From Candidatus Dojkabacteria bacterium (lineage in GTDB: Bacteria > Patescibacteriota > Dojkabacteria > JAOAGR01), in the NCBI GenBank assembly GCA_025999155.1, contig AP026679.1, positions 227,996 to 291,995 on the forward strand: a stretch of 64,000 bases of DNA. The letters are read 5' to 3'. The translations under genes and the position numbers were made by a program. Positions 1-10,818 of the stretch are shown one piece after another (the first letter of the stretch is position 1; each line of letters starts with the position of its first letter). Under the pieces are notes generated by a model that did no database searches, was not told where the DNA came from, and saw nothing but the letters and a program-made list of their open reading frames with translations.

Positions 1-1028
1 GGACAACCGTTCGCCCAATTACTTTGGGAATGTCCTATTCTCACGAGTTCATAAACACCCCTCCCTGTATCTACAGCTTGCCGCAGTGCATATAAATAAG
101 GATGCTTTCGACTTGCCAGTATATGCTCTAACGAACCACATACACTATTCGTGCCTCCATGGTTTGAACCTGGCGGCCAAACATAAACATCTGAGCCCAA
201 ACCTCCATCTGGAAATAAGTAAGTTCCGTGACATAGATAATACACATTACCATTTCCTGGTTCGCGACTCGCTATCAGTCCACCACTTATCGACTTTGTA
301 TAGTCAAAGGCCAATAAAGCAGCACCGTGAATCAATATGAAAACTCTATTCACGGATACAGCTAATTGGAAACCTCGGGATGCACCATCGTTATTCTTCA
401 AATAAATCGTCTTAGCATCATAGGTGTACCCTCCACTAGTATCAAATTGAAACACCTGGAGTATTATAGCCCGATAACTTCCAAAACCCTCATTACATAT
501 TTTTACTTCAGCGTGGTCATCTCTTCGCCCTTGTCTAACTATGACTACTTTATCATACACGATTACAGCCTTAACGAATGCATTACTCCCCGGATAACAC
601 GAGTCATCTACATAACGAGCGACCTCCAGCCAGCTAAAACCGCCTGATGAATTCCGTCGATACTGTAGAATCCTACCGTATCCAACAGCAGTCACAACTC
701 CATGGATCTCTCCCATTTCCATAAATCCTTCCAGATGATCCGGAGCTCCATATCTAGGATAAGAGCTAGCGTCTAGGACTTGTGAAAAAGAGAGGCTGTG
801 CTCCGTTACCAACAAAGGTGCTATATGAGATCCCGACTGAGCATTGGCGATCTCAGGCATAAATGCCCCCTTGTTATTAAATTTCATACCGTTTGTTTTC
901 TCTTGATTATAAATTTCAAGATAATTATCAAGAGAGGTGTAGCCATGTATCTGGTTCAACACCAGGACGACTACCATCACCAGTAGCACACACACCTTGA
1001 AGAAATTGATTGGACCGACCGTACTCAT
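1..1028 (-). CDS. hypothetical secreted/membrane-anchored protein, C-terminal part (gene runs off the window start)
   Basis: The minus strand from the ATG at 1028 to position 1 is an uninterrupted frame (~342 codons) with an N-terminal hydrophobic segment (INFFKVCVLLVMVVVLVL). The ORF track missed it because it has no in-window stop. The short + strand ORFs 86-986 lie antisense to it. Confidence 0.45.
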   Translation of the reverse strand, partial: MSTVGPINFFKVCVLLVMVVVLVLNQIHGYTSLDNYLEIYNQEKTNGMKFNNKGAFMPEIANAQSGSHIAPLLVTEHSLSFSQVLDASSYPRYGAPDHLEGFMEMGEIHGVVTAVGYGRILQYRRNSSGGFSWLEVARYVDDSCYPGSNAFVKAVIVYDKVVIVRQGRRDDHAEVKICNEGFGSYRAIILQVFQFDTSGGYTYDAKTIYLKNNDGASRGFQLAVSVNRVFILIHGAALLAFDYTKSISGGLIASREPGNGNVYYLCHGTYLFPDGGLGSDVYVWPPGSNHGGTNSVCGSLEHILASRKHPYLYALRQAVDTGRGVYELVRIGHSQSNWANGC

Positions 1029-1096
1029 ATCGCTCGATGTTTTTATAATATAATGTCAGTATCCAAGTCACCAAAAACAGTACATATTTTGGTCAA

Positions 1097-1513
1097 CTAA
1101 TCACGAAAGCCCTTAAGATACCCTTTGACGTTCTTCACAAGCAATTCATTAGATAAAGACACCTTGACCAAATAGCCCTCTGCCCCGTAATACAAAGCAT
1201 CTTTGATATTATTTGCAATAGAAATATTCGTTAACATGACAACAATGGGATTGTGATACTTCTCTTTATCTGACTTGATCGTTTTTAGAACCTCAATACC
1301 ATCCGGCCCATCATTCATCATTATATCAAGTAGGATAAGATCATATTTACGCTCTGTAGCTTTCAACAAAGCTTCATTCCCATTGCTGGCAGTATCAACA
1401 TCAAAACCAGCATCACGCAGTACCTCCGAGAAAATCTCCAAAATCATTGGCTCATCATCAACTAACAAAATAACTTGTTGTACTGTTTCTTTTGTTTCTT
1501 TTTCGATTTCCAT
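1097..1513 (-). CDS. stand-alone response-regulator receiver domain protein (CheY-like)
   Basis: LLVDDEPMILEIF...DLILLDIMM...VVMLT matches the receiver fold with the phospho-accepting Asp. There is no output domain. It is the last gene of the minor-pilin operon. Confidence 0.8.
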   Translation of the reverse strand: MEIEKETKETVQQVILLVDDEPMILEIFSEVLRDAGFDVDTASNGNEALLKATERKYDLILLDIMMNDGPDGIEVLKTIKSDKEKYHNPIVVMLTNISIANNIKDALYYGAEGYLVKVSLSNELLVKNVKGYLKGFRD

Positions 1514-1595
1514 TTTCTTAATATGTTACAAATATGACACAAAATAACAAGATTAGCAAAAAAAGTAAACGGTTTTGCATATTAAATCGATCAAG

Positions 1596-2450
1596 CTATT
1601 GGTTAGTCTCCAAATAGGCATAGTCTAAAAGACTTGACATGCCTAGTATAGTTTGTCCAGCTCCACGCTCGAAAGCCACAATAGCATCACTACCCAAAAC
1701 ATTATCTTGCGTTAGACCACCAATTCCAGTCACTATAAATTCATACTTCTGAGTACTAGCTACTAATTGCCCTTGAGAACCATAGACCTGCAACCTAACA
1801 CCGACATTTCCGCTAGTTTGATTCAAAAGTCTAGCTCTCACATATAGAGTATTATTTCTTTGTTGGGTAGTACTACCGCCTACATTATTAGGAACCGCAG
1901 AAAAAGACACTAATTGCTCATTATTATTACAATTAGAAACCAAACCTTTTTCAACTTTTGCTTTGCCATCCTCTGTATAAACTCGCGTAACAAGAACTTG
2001 AACATTAGAAGAACATTGCACTCCTACGGACCGGGTCGGCACACCACTCATCAGATTTTGACTTAATTGCAGTACAACAGATGGATAATTTTCAGACAAA
2101 GTGACCGAAGGATCTCGGGACAACCTTGCAAAAACCCTTGTACTAGCAGCATCGATACCTAAACAACCTAGTTCAACAAAATCGCTATTAAGAGGCGATA
2201 ATGTGTTTAAACAATTCATAACATTTGTATTATTTGGATCCGTAACAATAGAGATTATCTGATTTGCTTTATTTTCTGCCTCTGCTACTGCCCTCTCAAA
2301 TTGTGCCATACGTTGGACATTTACCTGAGTCAATAAAATCCTGTCAGCCATACTAACCATAATCAATAAAGACAAAGTACTTATAACAACAACCATTAAT
2401 AAAGATTGGCCTCTTTTTTTGTTATTTAATTGTTCCAACAATTTACTCAT
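1596..2450 (-). CDS. PilX-like type IV pilus assembly protein / minor pilin
   Basis: The N-terminus KKRGQSLLMVVVISTLSLLIMVSMA...ERAVAEAENKA resembles the PilX N-terminal domain. It is co-oriented with the pilin-like genes. Confidence 0.5.
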   Translation of the reverse strand: MSKLLEQLNNKKRGQSLLMVVVISTLSLLIMVSMADRILLTQVNVQRMAQFERAVAEAENKANQIISIVTDPNNTNVMNCLNTLSPLNSDFVELGCLGIDAASTRVFARLSRDPSVTLSENYPSVVLQLSQNLMSGVPTRSVGVQCSSNVQVLVTRVYTEDGKAKVEKGLVSNCNNNEQLVSFSAVPNNVGGSTTQQRNNTLYVRARLLNQTSGNVGVRLQVYGSQGQLVASTQKYEFIVTGIGGLTQDNVLGSDAIVAFERGAGQTILGMSSLLDYAYLETNQ

Positions 2451-2458
2451 ATCTTATA

Positions 2459-3103
2459 TTAAATAGTACGAGTTGAAATAGCAAAAATGTATCTAAATGG
2501 CTTTGCTGGACTACCATTCGGACTGCTACATGTAAAAATCTTATTCACAACGTCATCAGCATCACAAGCTTCAAATAAAATATATATGACCGAGTTTTCT
2601 CCCTTTTGATCTTGTGATATACGTGCATCCAAATTTTGTACTTTTATATTTTGACTCACCAAGTACTGTGGATTAGAAGATGTATTGAGAACACACTGAT
2701 TTTGTGTTTGTTCTGGATTTCCTTGTAATCGAGCTAGTACTAACCTAGATTGGTTATCAATATGTATGGCAGAAGCTATAGGTGTCGGATTATTACCTCC
2801 ATCCCTTCTCACAATATATATACCCTGCGTAAGAATATTGGGACCCGAATAAGGATTGTTGTTTGAATTACATAAACCAACTTTTAGAGCATTACGTATA
2901 TCATTTCTGATTACACTAACAGCAGACTCTACTTCAACCAAGAAATCATTCCTTCTATCTAAAAAGTGAGCTAGACTAGCTAAGTTTACAACAGTACCAC
3001 TCATAACCACGGCTACAATACCAAACACCCCCAAAGATATAACTAATTCAATTAAAGACAAACCTTTTTTTGACTTTTTTCTACATTGATTTACTACACA
3101 CAT
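2459..3103 (-). CDS. prepilin-type N-terminal cleavage/methylation domain protein (minor pilin)
   Basis: KKG|LSLIELVISLGVFGIVAVV is the class III signal motif G-x-S-L-I-E followed by a hydrophobic helix. Confidence 0.6.
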   Translation of the reverse strand: MCVVNQCRKKSKKGLSLIELVISLGVFGIVAVVMSGTVVNLASLAHFLDRRNDFLVEVESAVSVIRNDIRNALKVGLCNSNNNPYSGPNILTQGIYIVRRDGGNNPTPIASAIHIDNQSRLVLARLQGNPEQTQNQCVLNTSSNPQYLVSQNIKVQNLDARISQDQKGENSVIYILFEACDADDVVNKIFTCSSPNGSPAKPFRYIFAISTRTI

Positions 3104-3831
3104 ACTGTACTTTTTACCATTTTTACGATTACTGGAGTCGAGTACTGTATTTCTGAAATATTTGGTACTCGATAACTTATTAATACGGTAAAGACCAAAA
3201 TATCTGCTCCCAATAGATTATTACGCTCGGCAGTCAACTGAATTGATAGCCCTAGGTCACTGTTTGTGTCGATAGCGAAGGCTCCCATACGATTCGCTTG
3301 AGGCACCGGATCAAAACGGAAATCTCCCCAAGGTGTATTACGAGGAGTCCCAGACGACGAAATAGATAAATTTATATTGAACGAAGGTGCATTATTGCTG
3401 CCAGAAGTAAATGTTGGTAATTGAGTTGATAAATAGACTGGGTTTGATGCCGATCCAGTAGGCACTACGCTGCAAATAGTATTCCAAACATCCCGACTCG
3501 CAAGAGTAGGAGGGTACGAATTTGGATCCCCACCTAGGACAATCCTTGATTTTGTAGTCTGTAAATCGATCTCTACTAATCGCAATTGTTCGACAATTAA
3601 ATTAGTCAATTGCATAGCGGAATCTGACATAAAATTTTTTTGAGATCTAGCAACTAGACGAGTTGTAAATACGGCAGATGTAGTTAAAGCAATAGCACTA
3701 ATTCCTATAGCTAGAACAACTTCAACGAGACTCAAGGCCTTTTTTTTAAGTAAACAGACCATTTGATTAAATAAAACTAATATACTAATTCGTAGACAAT
3801 TATCAAGTTTATCTTGGACAATATGTGCCAC
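3094..3831 (-). CDS. minor pilin-like protein (prepilin-type N-terminus)
   Basis: KKKALSLVEVVLAIGISAIALT is a hydrophobic N-terminal helix with E at +5. It overlaps the neighbouring genes by 10 and 23 nt, which suggests an operon. Confidence 0.5.
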   Translation of the reverse strand: MAHIVQDKLDNCLRISILVLFNQMVCLLKKKALSLVEVVLAIGISAIALTTSAVFTTRLVARSQKNFMSDSAMQLTNLIVEQLRLVEIDLQTTKSRIVLGGDPNSYPPTLASRDVWNTICSVVPTGSASNPVYLSTQLPTFTSGSNNAPSFNINLSISSSGTPRNTPWGDFRFDPVPQANRMGAFAIDTNSDLGLSIQLTAERNNLLGADILVFTVLISYRVPNISEIQYSTPVIVKMVKSTVCV

Positions 3832-4597
3832 ATATACTCACAGATCCGTTAATTCGTGATACCCTTAATGCACGGTATTGATTGACTACACCAACGCTCT
3901 GTATAATTAATTGACAGTCTTGATTTCGAGACAAAACAGGCTTTGCATAACCAGTGGCAAAGAAGATCGCACCTCCCGAAGAATTATAAAAACAAGATTC
4001 AGCAGGATTTGTTATACTAGCCTCAAGACCTGAAGGTTCTATAAACTGTATACTTTTGATATCGGTCACAAAATAGTCATTCGGCACAGTACTAGTTGCA
4101 CATAATACATCAACTCGTATATTCCCGCTAAGCAAAAAACCGTTTTGCCCCTGTAATGGTACATTACCTACCAAAAAAACATTGCTGTTACAATAAGGTA
4201 AAACTCCAGTGGAAACTGAATTCTGCAGCCGTGTCACGAATTGATCAATATCATGCCTTAGATTCTTGAGATCATATGAATTGGGACTCAGAAAATATAT
4301 CGATCTTCTAACAATTCTAATTGTACGTGGATCTTCATTTCTAAACTCAATTAACCAGCCTAAACTAATTTGATTATTATTTGCCATAGTATTAGACGAA
4401 CCTGCGAGAAAACTTGTTCTGGATGTAGTCTGTGTTGTCTGTATAAGTTTCTTTATATCTCGTATAGCATTATCAGTTTTCACTATCGCTTGTAAGTTTA
4501 ATATACCAGAACCTATGGCTACTGAGGTAAAAGCAACTATAGACATGACTACGATTAGCTCAATTAGTGTAAAACCTTTGTTTATAATCCTGTGCAT
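3809..4597 (-). CDS. prepilin-type N-terminal cleavage/methylation domain protein (minor pilin)
   Basis: NKG|FTLIELIVVMSIVAF is the canonical G-F-T-L-I-E prepilin motif. Confidence 0.6.
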   Translation of the reverse strand: MHRIINKGFTLIELIVVMSIVAFTSVAIGSGILNLQAIVKTDNAIRDIKKLIQTTQTTSRTSFLAGSSNTMANNNQISLGWLIEFRNEDPRTIRIVRRSIYFLSPNSYDLKNLRHDIDQFVTRLQNSVSTGVLPYCNSNVFLVGNVPLQGQNGFLLSGNIRVDVLCATSTVPNDYFVTDIKSIQFIEPSGLEASITNPAESCFYNSSGGAIFFATGYAKPVLSRNQDCQLIIQSVGVVNQYRALRVSRINGSVSICGTYCPR

Positions 4598-4609
4598 TGC
4601 TTTTATATA

Positions 4610-5053
4610 TTAGTAATCGTTTATATACTTTACACTAGTTATCTCCACGGTTTTTCTCGCATTCTCTATAATAGCATTAACCTCATTGCGAATATCATCC
4701 TGATTTTTATTTGTCTTAATATATACCACAATATCACCACTGACATAAGGAGTTGCAAATTCTATAGCAAAACGTCCGTCGGGATCTCGATACGGAATAC
4801 GCACCGAACTGTAGTTTTCGATTAAAGTGTTGTACTCTTCAATATCTTTTTGTCTTTGAATTTGAGGATCATATAATGGTCTACTTAATCTAGTCGTTGA
4901 AAAGGGAAACCAAACAAATGAGTTAAATAATGCAAAAAATGTGAAAATCATTAACAATACACCAAAACCAATACTAATCCACTTCAATTTACTGTCTGCT
5001 TTTTCACGAGCTCGAATAGCGAATTCATAATCAGGTCTCTGTATAGATTTCAC
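4610..5053 (-). CDS. membrane-anchored hypothetical protein, first gene of the minor-pilin operon
   Basis: A single N-terminal TM segment (ISIGFGVLLMIFTFFALF) is followed by a soluble domain. No recognisable motif. Confidence 0.4.
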   Translation of the reverse strand: MKSIQRPDYEFAIRAREKADSKLKWISIGFGVLLMIFTFFALFNSFVWFPFSTTRLSRPLYDPQIQRQKDIEEYNTLIENYSSVRIPYRDPDGRFAIEFATPYVSGDIVVYIKTNKNQDDIRNEVNAIIENARKTVEITSVKYINDY

Positions 5054-5377
5054 ATGACAGTATATTACAAAATTAAAAAAACTATAAACTGCGCTAATTA
5101 TAATCTCGCAAAGTTTTAAAGTAACGCTCCATCAATCAATAAATGTTCGTGATGGTGATCATGGACATTTTTAAAGTACTAGACAAAAATAGTATCACCC
5201 TTTTATCTGGTCGCACTAATGACAAAAAAGACAACATTCTTTGGTATGCTAATCTACAAAAATTTCAGTTAAAATATCTTTTGTAAATTTACAAAAAACA
5301 TTATCTAAAGAAATAAAAAACTATATCAAAAAATACGAGTAAAAATTATAGCGATCGTTTATAATAATAAATGTAGT

Positions 5378-5454
5378 CGGGGCATAGCTTAGTTGGCTAA
5401 AGCGCAAGTCTCGGGGTCTTGAGATCGGCAGTTCGAGTCTGCCTGCCCCGACCA
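5378..5454 (+). tRNA. tRNA-Pro (anticodon CGG)
   Basis: Cloverleaf read by hand: C1-G72 acceptor stem CGGGGCA/TGCCCCG, D arm GCTT..AAGC, anticodon loop CTCGGGG, T arm GGCAG-TTCGAGT-CTGCC, 3' CCA encoded. Confidence 0.8.
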
Positions 5455-5507
5455 TCATTACGAAAAATAGAAAAATAACTGTTTTAGCATTATAATGACA
5501 TACAAAT

Positions 5508-5584
5508 CGGGGTATAGCTTAGTTGGCTAAAGCGCAAGGCTGGGGGTCTTGAGATCGACAGTTCAAGTCTGTCTACCCCGACCA
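5508..5584 (+). tRNA. tRNA-Pro (anticodon GGG)
   Basis: Near-duplicate of the upstream tRNA with anticodon loop CTGGGGG, C1-G72, T loop TTCAAGT and encoded CCA. Confidence 0.8.
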
Positions 5585-5607
5585 TTTATAATTTTTTAAA
5601 ACACTAA

Positions 5608-5979
5608 ATGGAATTAGATACTAAAATAAAAGATTTTGCGTCATACATACTATCTCTTGCAGAATTCACACGTTACAAGAAAGCTCGAGAAGCTTTACAA
5701 AAAGATCCTGAGGCTTTGAATTTATTACAAGAATTTGACAATCTACAGCATCTCATAGCTCACTCTGAAGAAAAGGGTATCGAAATATCAGACAGTGAAA
5801 AAATTGAGATTGAAAATAAACTCAAGAAAATCTTAGATAATCAAACCTGCCTAGAATTCATTATGTCAGAAAATGCTGCTATAGCACTCACAAAACGTAT
5901 AGCAAAAAAACTTTCTGATTCAATCGGATTTACTTTGTCTACAGGGGGTTGTTGTGGTGGTGGATGTTGTAGTCATTAA
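5608..5979 (+). CDS. YlbF/YmcA-like (UPF0342) helical regulator with a Cys-rich C-terminal tail
   Basis: It is a 123-aa helical protein. IKDFASYILSLAEFTRYKKAREALQKDPEALNLLQEF fits the YlbF/YmcA family pattern. The C-terminus is STGGCCGGGCCSH. Confidence 0.4.
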   Translation: MELDTKIKDFASYILSLAEFTRYKKAREALQKDPEALNLLQEFDNLQHLIAHSEEKGIEISDSEKIEIENKLKKILDNQTCLEFIMSENAAIALTKRIAKKLSDSIGFTLSTGGCCGGGCCSH

Positions 5980-6037
5980 TACAGATATTTGTGAATACAA
6001 GCTTTTCTTACTTTTTAATAGATAAATTTAACTTTAA

Positions 6038-6892
6038 TTAAAAGTAATTAACTTTAGTGTTCCCACTCTCCATACATAAAGTGAGATATTTACTTTCTAT
6101 ATTATATTCCAAAGGAATAAGATAATCTTCAAAAACCACCTTATTACAAGCTTCTACACGAATAAACATATATGATTCGCTGCCAAGATTGATAGCCATA
6201 GCATTAGTTTTATTTTCAGTGCCATTGTAGAAGTAAATTACAGAGGATGGATCGTCTGATAACAAAGTCTCTGATTTATCAACGTAAATCTCAGGAAATT
6301 TATCGTAATAAAACTCATACTCTTCAATATTATCCACTAAAAGCTTAAATATAAGTTCACGATCCCGATCTCTACCTTCTACAGTCGATTTTGAAGTGAA
6401 TCTGATATTCAAGTTTTTATCTCTTTCAAGAGCATTGTTACTTTCAGCTTTGTTACTTTGAGCGGAATCATTTGATTTACTTGCCGTATCCTGGGTAGTA
6501 GTAGAAGTAGTAATGACGGGAGTAAGTGATGGTGTGACAGGAGTACTTGAAATTATTTCTTGCGAGAATCTTGACACAGTAGGAGTAGGAGAGAATGCGG
6601 CAATGTTACTACCAATACTCCTACTATTGTAGACTACATTTTCCGGTAAAAAATCATTATTTAAACGTACTTTATATTGATAAATCCCAAGCACATTGTT
6701 ATCAGAAATTTCATTTAAAAGTGACGAATCAACATGATTATGTCTAAACAAACCAATAAAATCAAAAACTAATAACAAACAACACATTGAAAACAACAGA
6801 ATTGTAGTTGCCTCACTATTAAGAATTCCATGTAAATATTTAAAAATATTGGCTTTTATTTTATTAAGCATGCTTAAGTTAAATTTACACAC
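6038..6892 (-). CDS. hypothetical membrane-anchored protein with Thr/Ser/Pro-rich linker
   Basis: An N-terminal TM helix is followed by TPVTPSLTPVITTSTTTQDTASKS and a C-terminal domain of unknown function. Confidence 0.4.
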   Translation of the reverse strand: MCKFNLSMLNKIKANIFKYLHGILNSEATTILLFSMCCLLLVFDFIGLFRHNHVDSSLLNEISDNNVLGIYQYKVRLNNDFLPENVVYNSRSIGSNIAAFSPTPTVSRFSQEIISSTPVTPSLTPVITTSTTTQDTASKSNDSAQSNKAESNNALERDKNLNIRFTSKSTVEGRDRDRELIFKLLVDNIEEYEFYYDKFPEIYVDKSETLLSDDPSSVIYFYNGTENKTNAMAINLGSESYMFIRVEACNKVVFEDYLIPLEYNIESKYLTLCMESGNTKVNYF

Positions 6893-6904
6893 AACTTGTA
6901 AATT

Positions 6905-9544
6905 TTAAAAAATCGTACAAGCCACAACTTTATCATCCTCATCTAATCTAAAAACAATCACACCACTCGTAACTCTGCTTGACATTCTAATATCTTCTAA
7001 AGCAACCCGAATAGATTGGCCTTTATATGACATTAGTAAAAGCTCTTTTTTAGGATGGTCTATTACTCGAGCAACAGCAATTTTCCCAGTTTTAGAAGCT
7101 ATTTTATACCCCAACATCCCTTTTGTACCACGACCTTTGAGGGGAAACTCAGTCAAAGAAGTCATCTTCCCAAAACCCCTCTCAGAAACCACAAGTATTC
7201 TATCCTCTTTCTCTCGTATAACATCCATCATTACCACATTATCATCCTTCTCAAGTTTAATCCCTCTTACACCTTTTGATGATCTTCCTGTAGGAGATAC
7301 CGAAGTTTCTTTAAATCTTACCGTACGTGCATTTTCTGTCATTATGACGATTTCAGCATCACCATGTGTTGTTCTAACAAATATTAACTCATCACCACTT
7401 TCTAAATTGATTGCGATAAGACCGTTTCGGCGTATGTCTTTAAACTCCTCAATAGGTACTTTTTTAACAAGACCTTTTTTCGTAGCCATAAATAGGTATT
7501 TACTTGCTACAAAATCTTGACCAACCACAACTTCTCCTTCTTGGATCTGATCTTCATCCGCAACCTCATAAACCTCTCCAAAAGACCTAGATAAGACAGA
7601 AGTAATAATTTCACCTGGTTCTATGGAAATTAAATTGACCAGAGGCACACCTTTAGATTTTTTTTGATGTTCGGGAATATCAAAAGCTCGTAAAGCATAG
7701 ACCTTTCCTTTGTTTGAAAATAAAAGCAGCTCAGAATGCGTATCGCAATATACAAGATGTTCGACATAATCACCTTCCTTTGTAACCGTAGCTAACGATC
7801 CTTTACCACCTCTTGATTGAGCACGAAATTCATTCTCCTTAAGACGTTTTACATAGCCATATCTGGAAATTAAAATTAATACATTTTCTTTTTCGACAAG
7901 ATCCTCCGCGCTAAATTCTCCTGGATTAGACTTAATAATACGAGTTCTTCTTGGATCACTAAACTTTTCTTTTACCTCTAATAAATCTTTAACTATTAAA
8001 TCTTCAATTTTTGCTTGAGAATCTAATAAAGTTTTGAGATCATCTATTTTCTGAGAAACATCCGCATACTCTTCTTCTACCTTATACCTCTCCAAAGCAG
8101 CCAGTTTTCGCAATTGCATATCAAGAATAGCTTGCGCTTGTACATCAGAAAATCCAAATCTTGTAATCAAAGATTGCTTAGCATCGTCAGCGCTCTTTGA
8201 TGATCGAATTATACTAATTATCTCATCAATATGATCTAAAGCTACTTTTAAACCCTCCAAAATATGTATTCTTTGGATATACTGGTTCAAATCAAAAATA
8301 GCAGTGCGAATGATAATTTCATAACGATGTCGAATGAATTGTTCTAGAATTTCTCTCAATGACAAAGTCCTGGGCTCCTGATCTACTATAGCGACCATAT
8401 TGTAATTAAATGCACTCTGCATTTCTGTGTATTTGTACAATTTATTTAGCACTACTTGGGGAACAACACCTTTTTTCAGTTCAACAACTAATCTAATACC
8501 TTCTTTTGATGTACTTTCATCTCTAATGTCAGCAATACCATCAATTTTCCCATCTTTATAAAGTCCAAAAATTCTCTCAGCTAATTTCGCTTTGTTTACT
8601 TGATAAGGTAATTCTGTGATGACTATTTGTGTACGTCCCTTACCTAAATCCTCAATTTCTGCAACACCACGCATTAAGACACGGCCTCGGCCAGTTTCAT
8701 ACGCCGTCTTCAAATCATTAACGTTGTATACTTCTGCCCCAGTAGGAAAATCCGGCCCTTTTATGAATCTCATTAATTCATCACTAGAAACATCAGATTC
8801 AAAGTTAGGATAATGTATGTCACGTGTTGTAATGTCATAATCTACTGCATCATAATAATCTTTTGCGGCATGCTGAGAGTAATTGAATTGTAGACCTTTA
8901 GCCTTATTTCCTGATTTGATCATATACACAATGGCATCTATGACCTCGGATAGATTATGGGGGGGAATTTTGGTAGCTAGACCAACAGCAATACCATCAG
9001 CACCATTGATTATTAAGTTTGGGACGGCTACAGGCAATACTGTAGGCTCTAAATATTCACCAGTATAGTTTGGCCGGTAATCAATAGACTTCTTTTCAAT
9101 GTTTTCTAAAAATTTTGTTGTAATCTTAGCAAGTCTACATTCTGTATACCTTGGCGCTGCAGGACTATCTCCGTCAATAGATCCAAAATTTCCTTGTCCA
9201 TCAATTAAAAGGTAACGCATGACCCAGTCTTGGCCCATACGTACCAAAGCATCATATACAGCAGCATCACCGTGCGGATGATATTTTTTGAGTACTTCAC
9301 CTACAACACCCATGCATTTGGAATATTTGCCATCTGGCAAAATACCCTCTTTATACATGGCATACAAAATTCTTCTTTGGACTGGTTTGAGACCATCACG
9401 TACATCTGGAAGCGCCCTAGCAACAACAACACTCATTGCATAGTCGATATATGAGCGCTTCATTTCTTCCTCAATAGAAACATTTTTAACGATGCCAGCT
9501 ATAACGTTTTTTGTAAGATTATTTGTATCAGTCGGATTCTGCAT
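6905..9544 (-). CDS. gyrA: DNA gyrase subunit A
   Basis: It carries the hallmark N-terminus [30 protein letters not shown]. The active-site Tyr region and C-terminal beta-pinwheel repeats are present. Length is 879 aa. Confidence 0.95.
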   Translation of the reverse strand: MQNPTDTNNLTKNVIAGIVKNVSIEEEMKRSYIDYAMSVVVARALPDVRDGLKPVQRRILYAMYKEGILPDGKYSKCMGVVGEVLKKYHPHGDAAVYDALVRMGQDWVMRYLLIDGQGNFGSIDGDSPAAPRYTECRLAKITTKFLENIEKKSIDYRPNYTGEYLEPTVLPVAVPNLIINGADGIAVGLATKIPPHNLSEVIDAIVYMIKSGNKAKGLQFNYSQHAAKDYYDAVDYDITTRDIHYPNFESDVSSDELMRFIKGPDFPTGAEVYNVNDLKTAYETGRGRVLMRGVAEIEDLGKGRTQIVITELPYQVNKAKLAERIFGLYKDGKIDGIADIRDESTSKEGIRLVVELKKGVVPQVVLNKLYKYTEMQSAFNYNMVAIVDQEPRTLSLREILEQFIRHRYEIIIRTAIFDLNQYIQRIHILEGLKVALDHIDEIISIIRSSKSADDAKQSLITRFGFSDVQAQAILDMQLRKLAALERYKVEEEYADVSQKIDDLKTLLDSQAKIEDLIVKDLLEVKEKFSDPRRTRIIKSNPGEFSAEDLVEKENVLILISRYGYVKRLKENEFRAQSRGGKGSLATVTKEGDYVEHLVYCDTHSELLLFSNKGKVYALRAFDIPEHQKKSKGVPLVNLISIEPGEIITSVLSRSFGEVYEVADEDQIQEGEVVVGQDFVASKYLFMATKKGLVKKVPIEEFKDIRRNGLIAINLESGDELIFVRTTHGDAEIVIMTENARTVRFKETSVSPTGRSSKGVRGIKLEKDDNVVMMDVIREKEDRILVVSERGFGKMTSLTEFPLKGRGTKGMLGYKIASKTGKIAVARVIDHPKKELLLMSYKGQSIRVALEDIRMSSRVTSGVIVFRLDEDDKVVACTIF

Positions 9545-9614
9545 GAGATAATTGCTTTACTACAAAATCCCTACATTATAGACAAAAAACTATAAAAAGT
9601 GTATTTACAAAAGG

Positions 9615-10178
9615 CTAAACTTCAGGATATTTACCGCCATGTTTTAAAGCATACTCATCCAATTCTCTCGCTGTCATTATTAACTTAGGATCAATTACAC
9701 GATCTAGAAATATAATACCTTCGAAATGATCCAATTCGTGTAAAATAACATGACTCAAATATCCATTCGCATTTAATATCTGTTCATTACCAGCCAAGTC
9801 GTAGTATCGAATTTGGCAAGATTTTGATCGAGATACAGGACCAAATAAGCTATTTTCTCCCTTACCGACGGAAGCACAGCCTTCCCATTCAGTACTTAAC
9901 TCCTTTGATGCATAAACTAATTTTGGGTTAATTACTTCCATGTATTGCTTTTTACGCAAATCATAATAAACAAAAAGTCTAATATTTAGCCCTAATTGAG
10001 GAGCTGATAATCCAACTAAAGTAATGCCACCCTTCGAATGTTTCTTCGCAAGGTTTTTTAGAGAATCTATAATCAAGAGTAAATCCGGCTCATTTTTCCG
10101 CACATCTCTAGATTTTGCAGACAATTTCGGATCGGGGTATTGTAAAATTGTTAAGTATTTGAAATTTACATTCTTCAT
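9615..10178 (-). CDS. def: peptide deformylase
   Basis: Motifs GLSAPQLG, EGCAS and HELDH are all present. Confidence 0.9.
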   Translation of the reverse strand: MKNVNFKYLTILQYPDPKLSAKSRDVRKNEPDLLLIIDSLKNLAKKHSKGGITLVGLSAPQLGLNIRLFVYYDLRKKQYMEVINPKLVYASKELSTEWEGCASVGKGENSLFGPVSRSKSCQIRYYDLAGNEQILNANGYLSHVILHELDHFEGIIFLDRVIDPKLIMTARELDEYALKHGGKYPEV

Positions 10179-10395
10179 TGGATTTAGTTTACGTATAAAT
10201 TCAATGTTTGGGTGTTTTAAATTTATTTTGTTTTTTCTTTAATTAATTAATGATTCAAAAATACAGCAGCCATTACATTGAATAGATTGATTAATTTTAC
10301 ACTATACCGATCAAAGCCGTAAGGAACATTATACTATCCAGAAATCATTACCGCTGTATCTCTCCCAGACAAAAAAGGGCAAACCGTATACCATG

Positions 10396-10631
10396 ATAGA
10401 GGCAGAAACTCTGCTCCAAGAGCAACTCTCAGTACATCGAAATAATAACTAATTCGCATACTCGGCTGTCACACAAAGGTTATACCTACAGTCAAGGGAT
10501 GTTTTCGTCTTGGTGGGGAGTCTTACGATTCAGTTTACTCCTAAGTTAACCCAATCAAACGACTTATGAGAATGCCTCTACAAAAAACCAGAACATTCCT
10601 TAAACACAGCGCCTGGACGAATCTGTAGATT
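10396..10631. repeat. ~235-nt conserved non-coding element, copy 1 (candidate structured RNA or miniature mobile element)
   Basis: It is ~98% identical to 11653-11887. The surrounding intergenic DNA of the two modules is only ~70-80% identical. No ORF is conserved between the copies. It contains local hairpins (GCAG-aaact-CTGC) and a long-range TAGAGGC/GCCTCTA inverted pair. Confidence 0.7.
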
Positions 10632-10818
10632 AACATATACGGCCTCCAAACTATGATTATTATTTTATTGAAAAATCTTAGTCGTTAGAAATTTTGTGCA
10701 TAATTTAACCAATCTTTACAATATCATAAATTCAGCCGTATTCAGGCAATGAAACCTTCCAAAGCCATGCATGCTTGCATTATCATCTATTCTAAATATA
10801 TAATTAATTAGTCCTATA

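Noticed and set aside
86-986. Three + strand ORFs (86-340, 366-647, 798-986) listed in the track
   Set aside because: The minus strand is open in one frame from 1028 to the window edge with a plausible signal anchor. The + strand ORFs are short antisense artefacts.
7055-9454. Several + strand ORFs inside gyrA (7055-7279, 7137-7520, 8616-8813, 8883-9068, 9230-9454)
   Set aside because: They are antisense to a high-confidence 879-aa GyrA.
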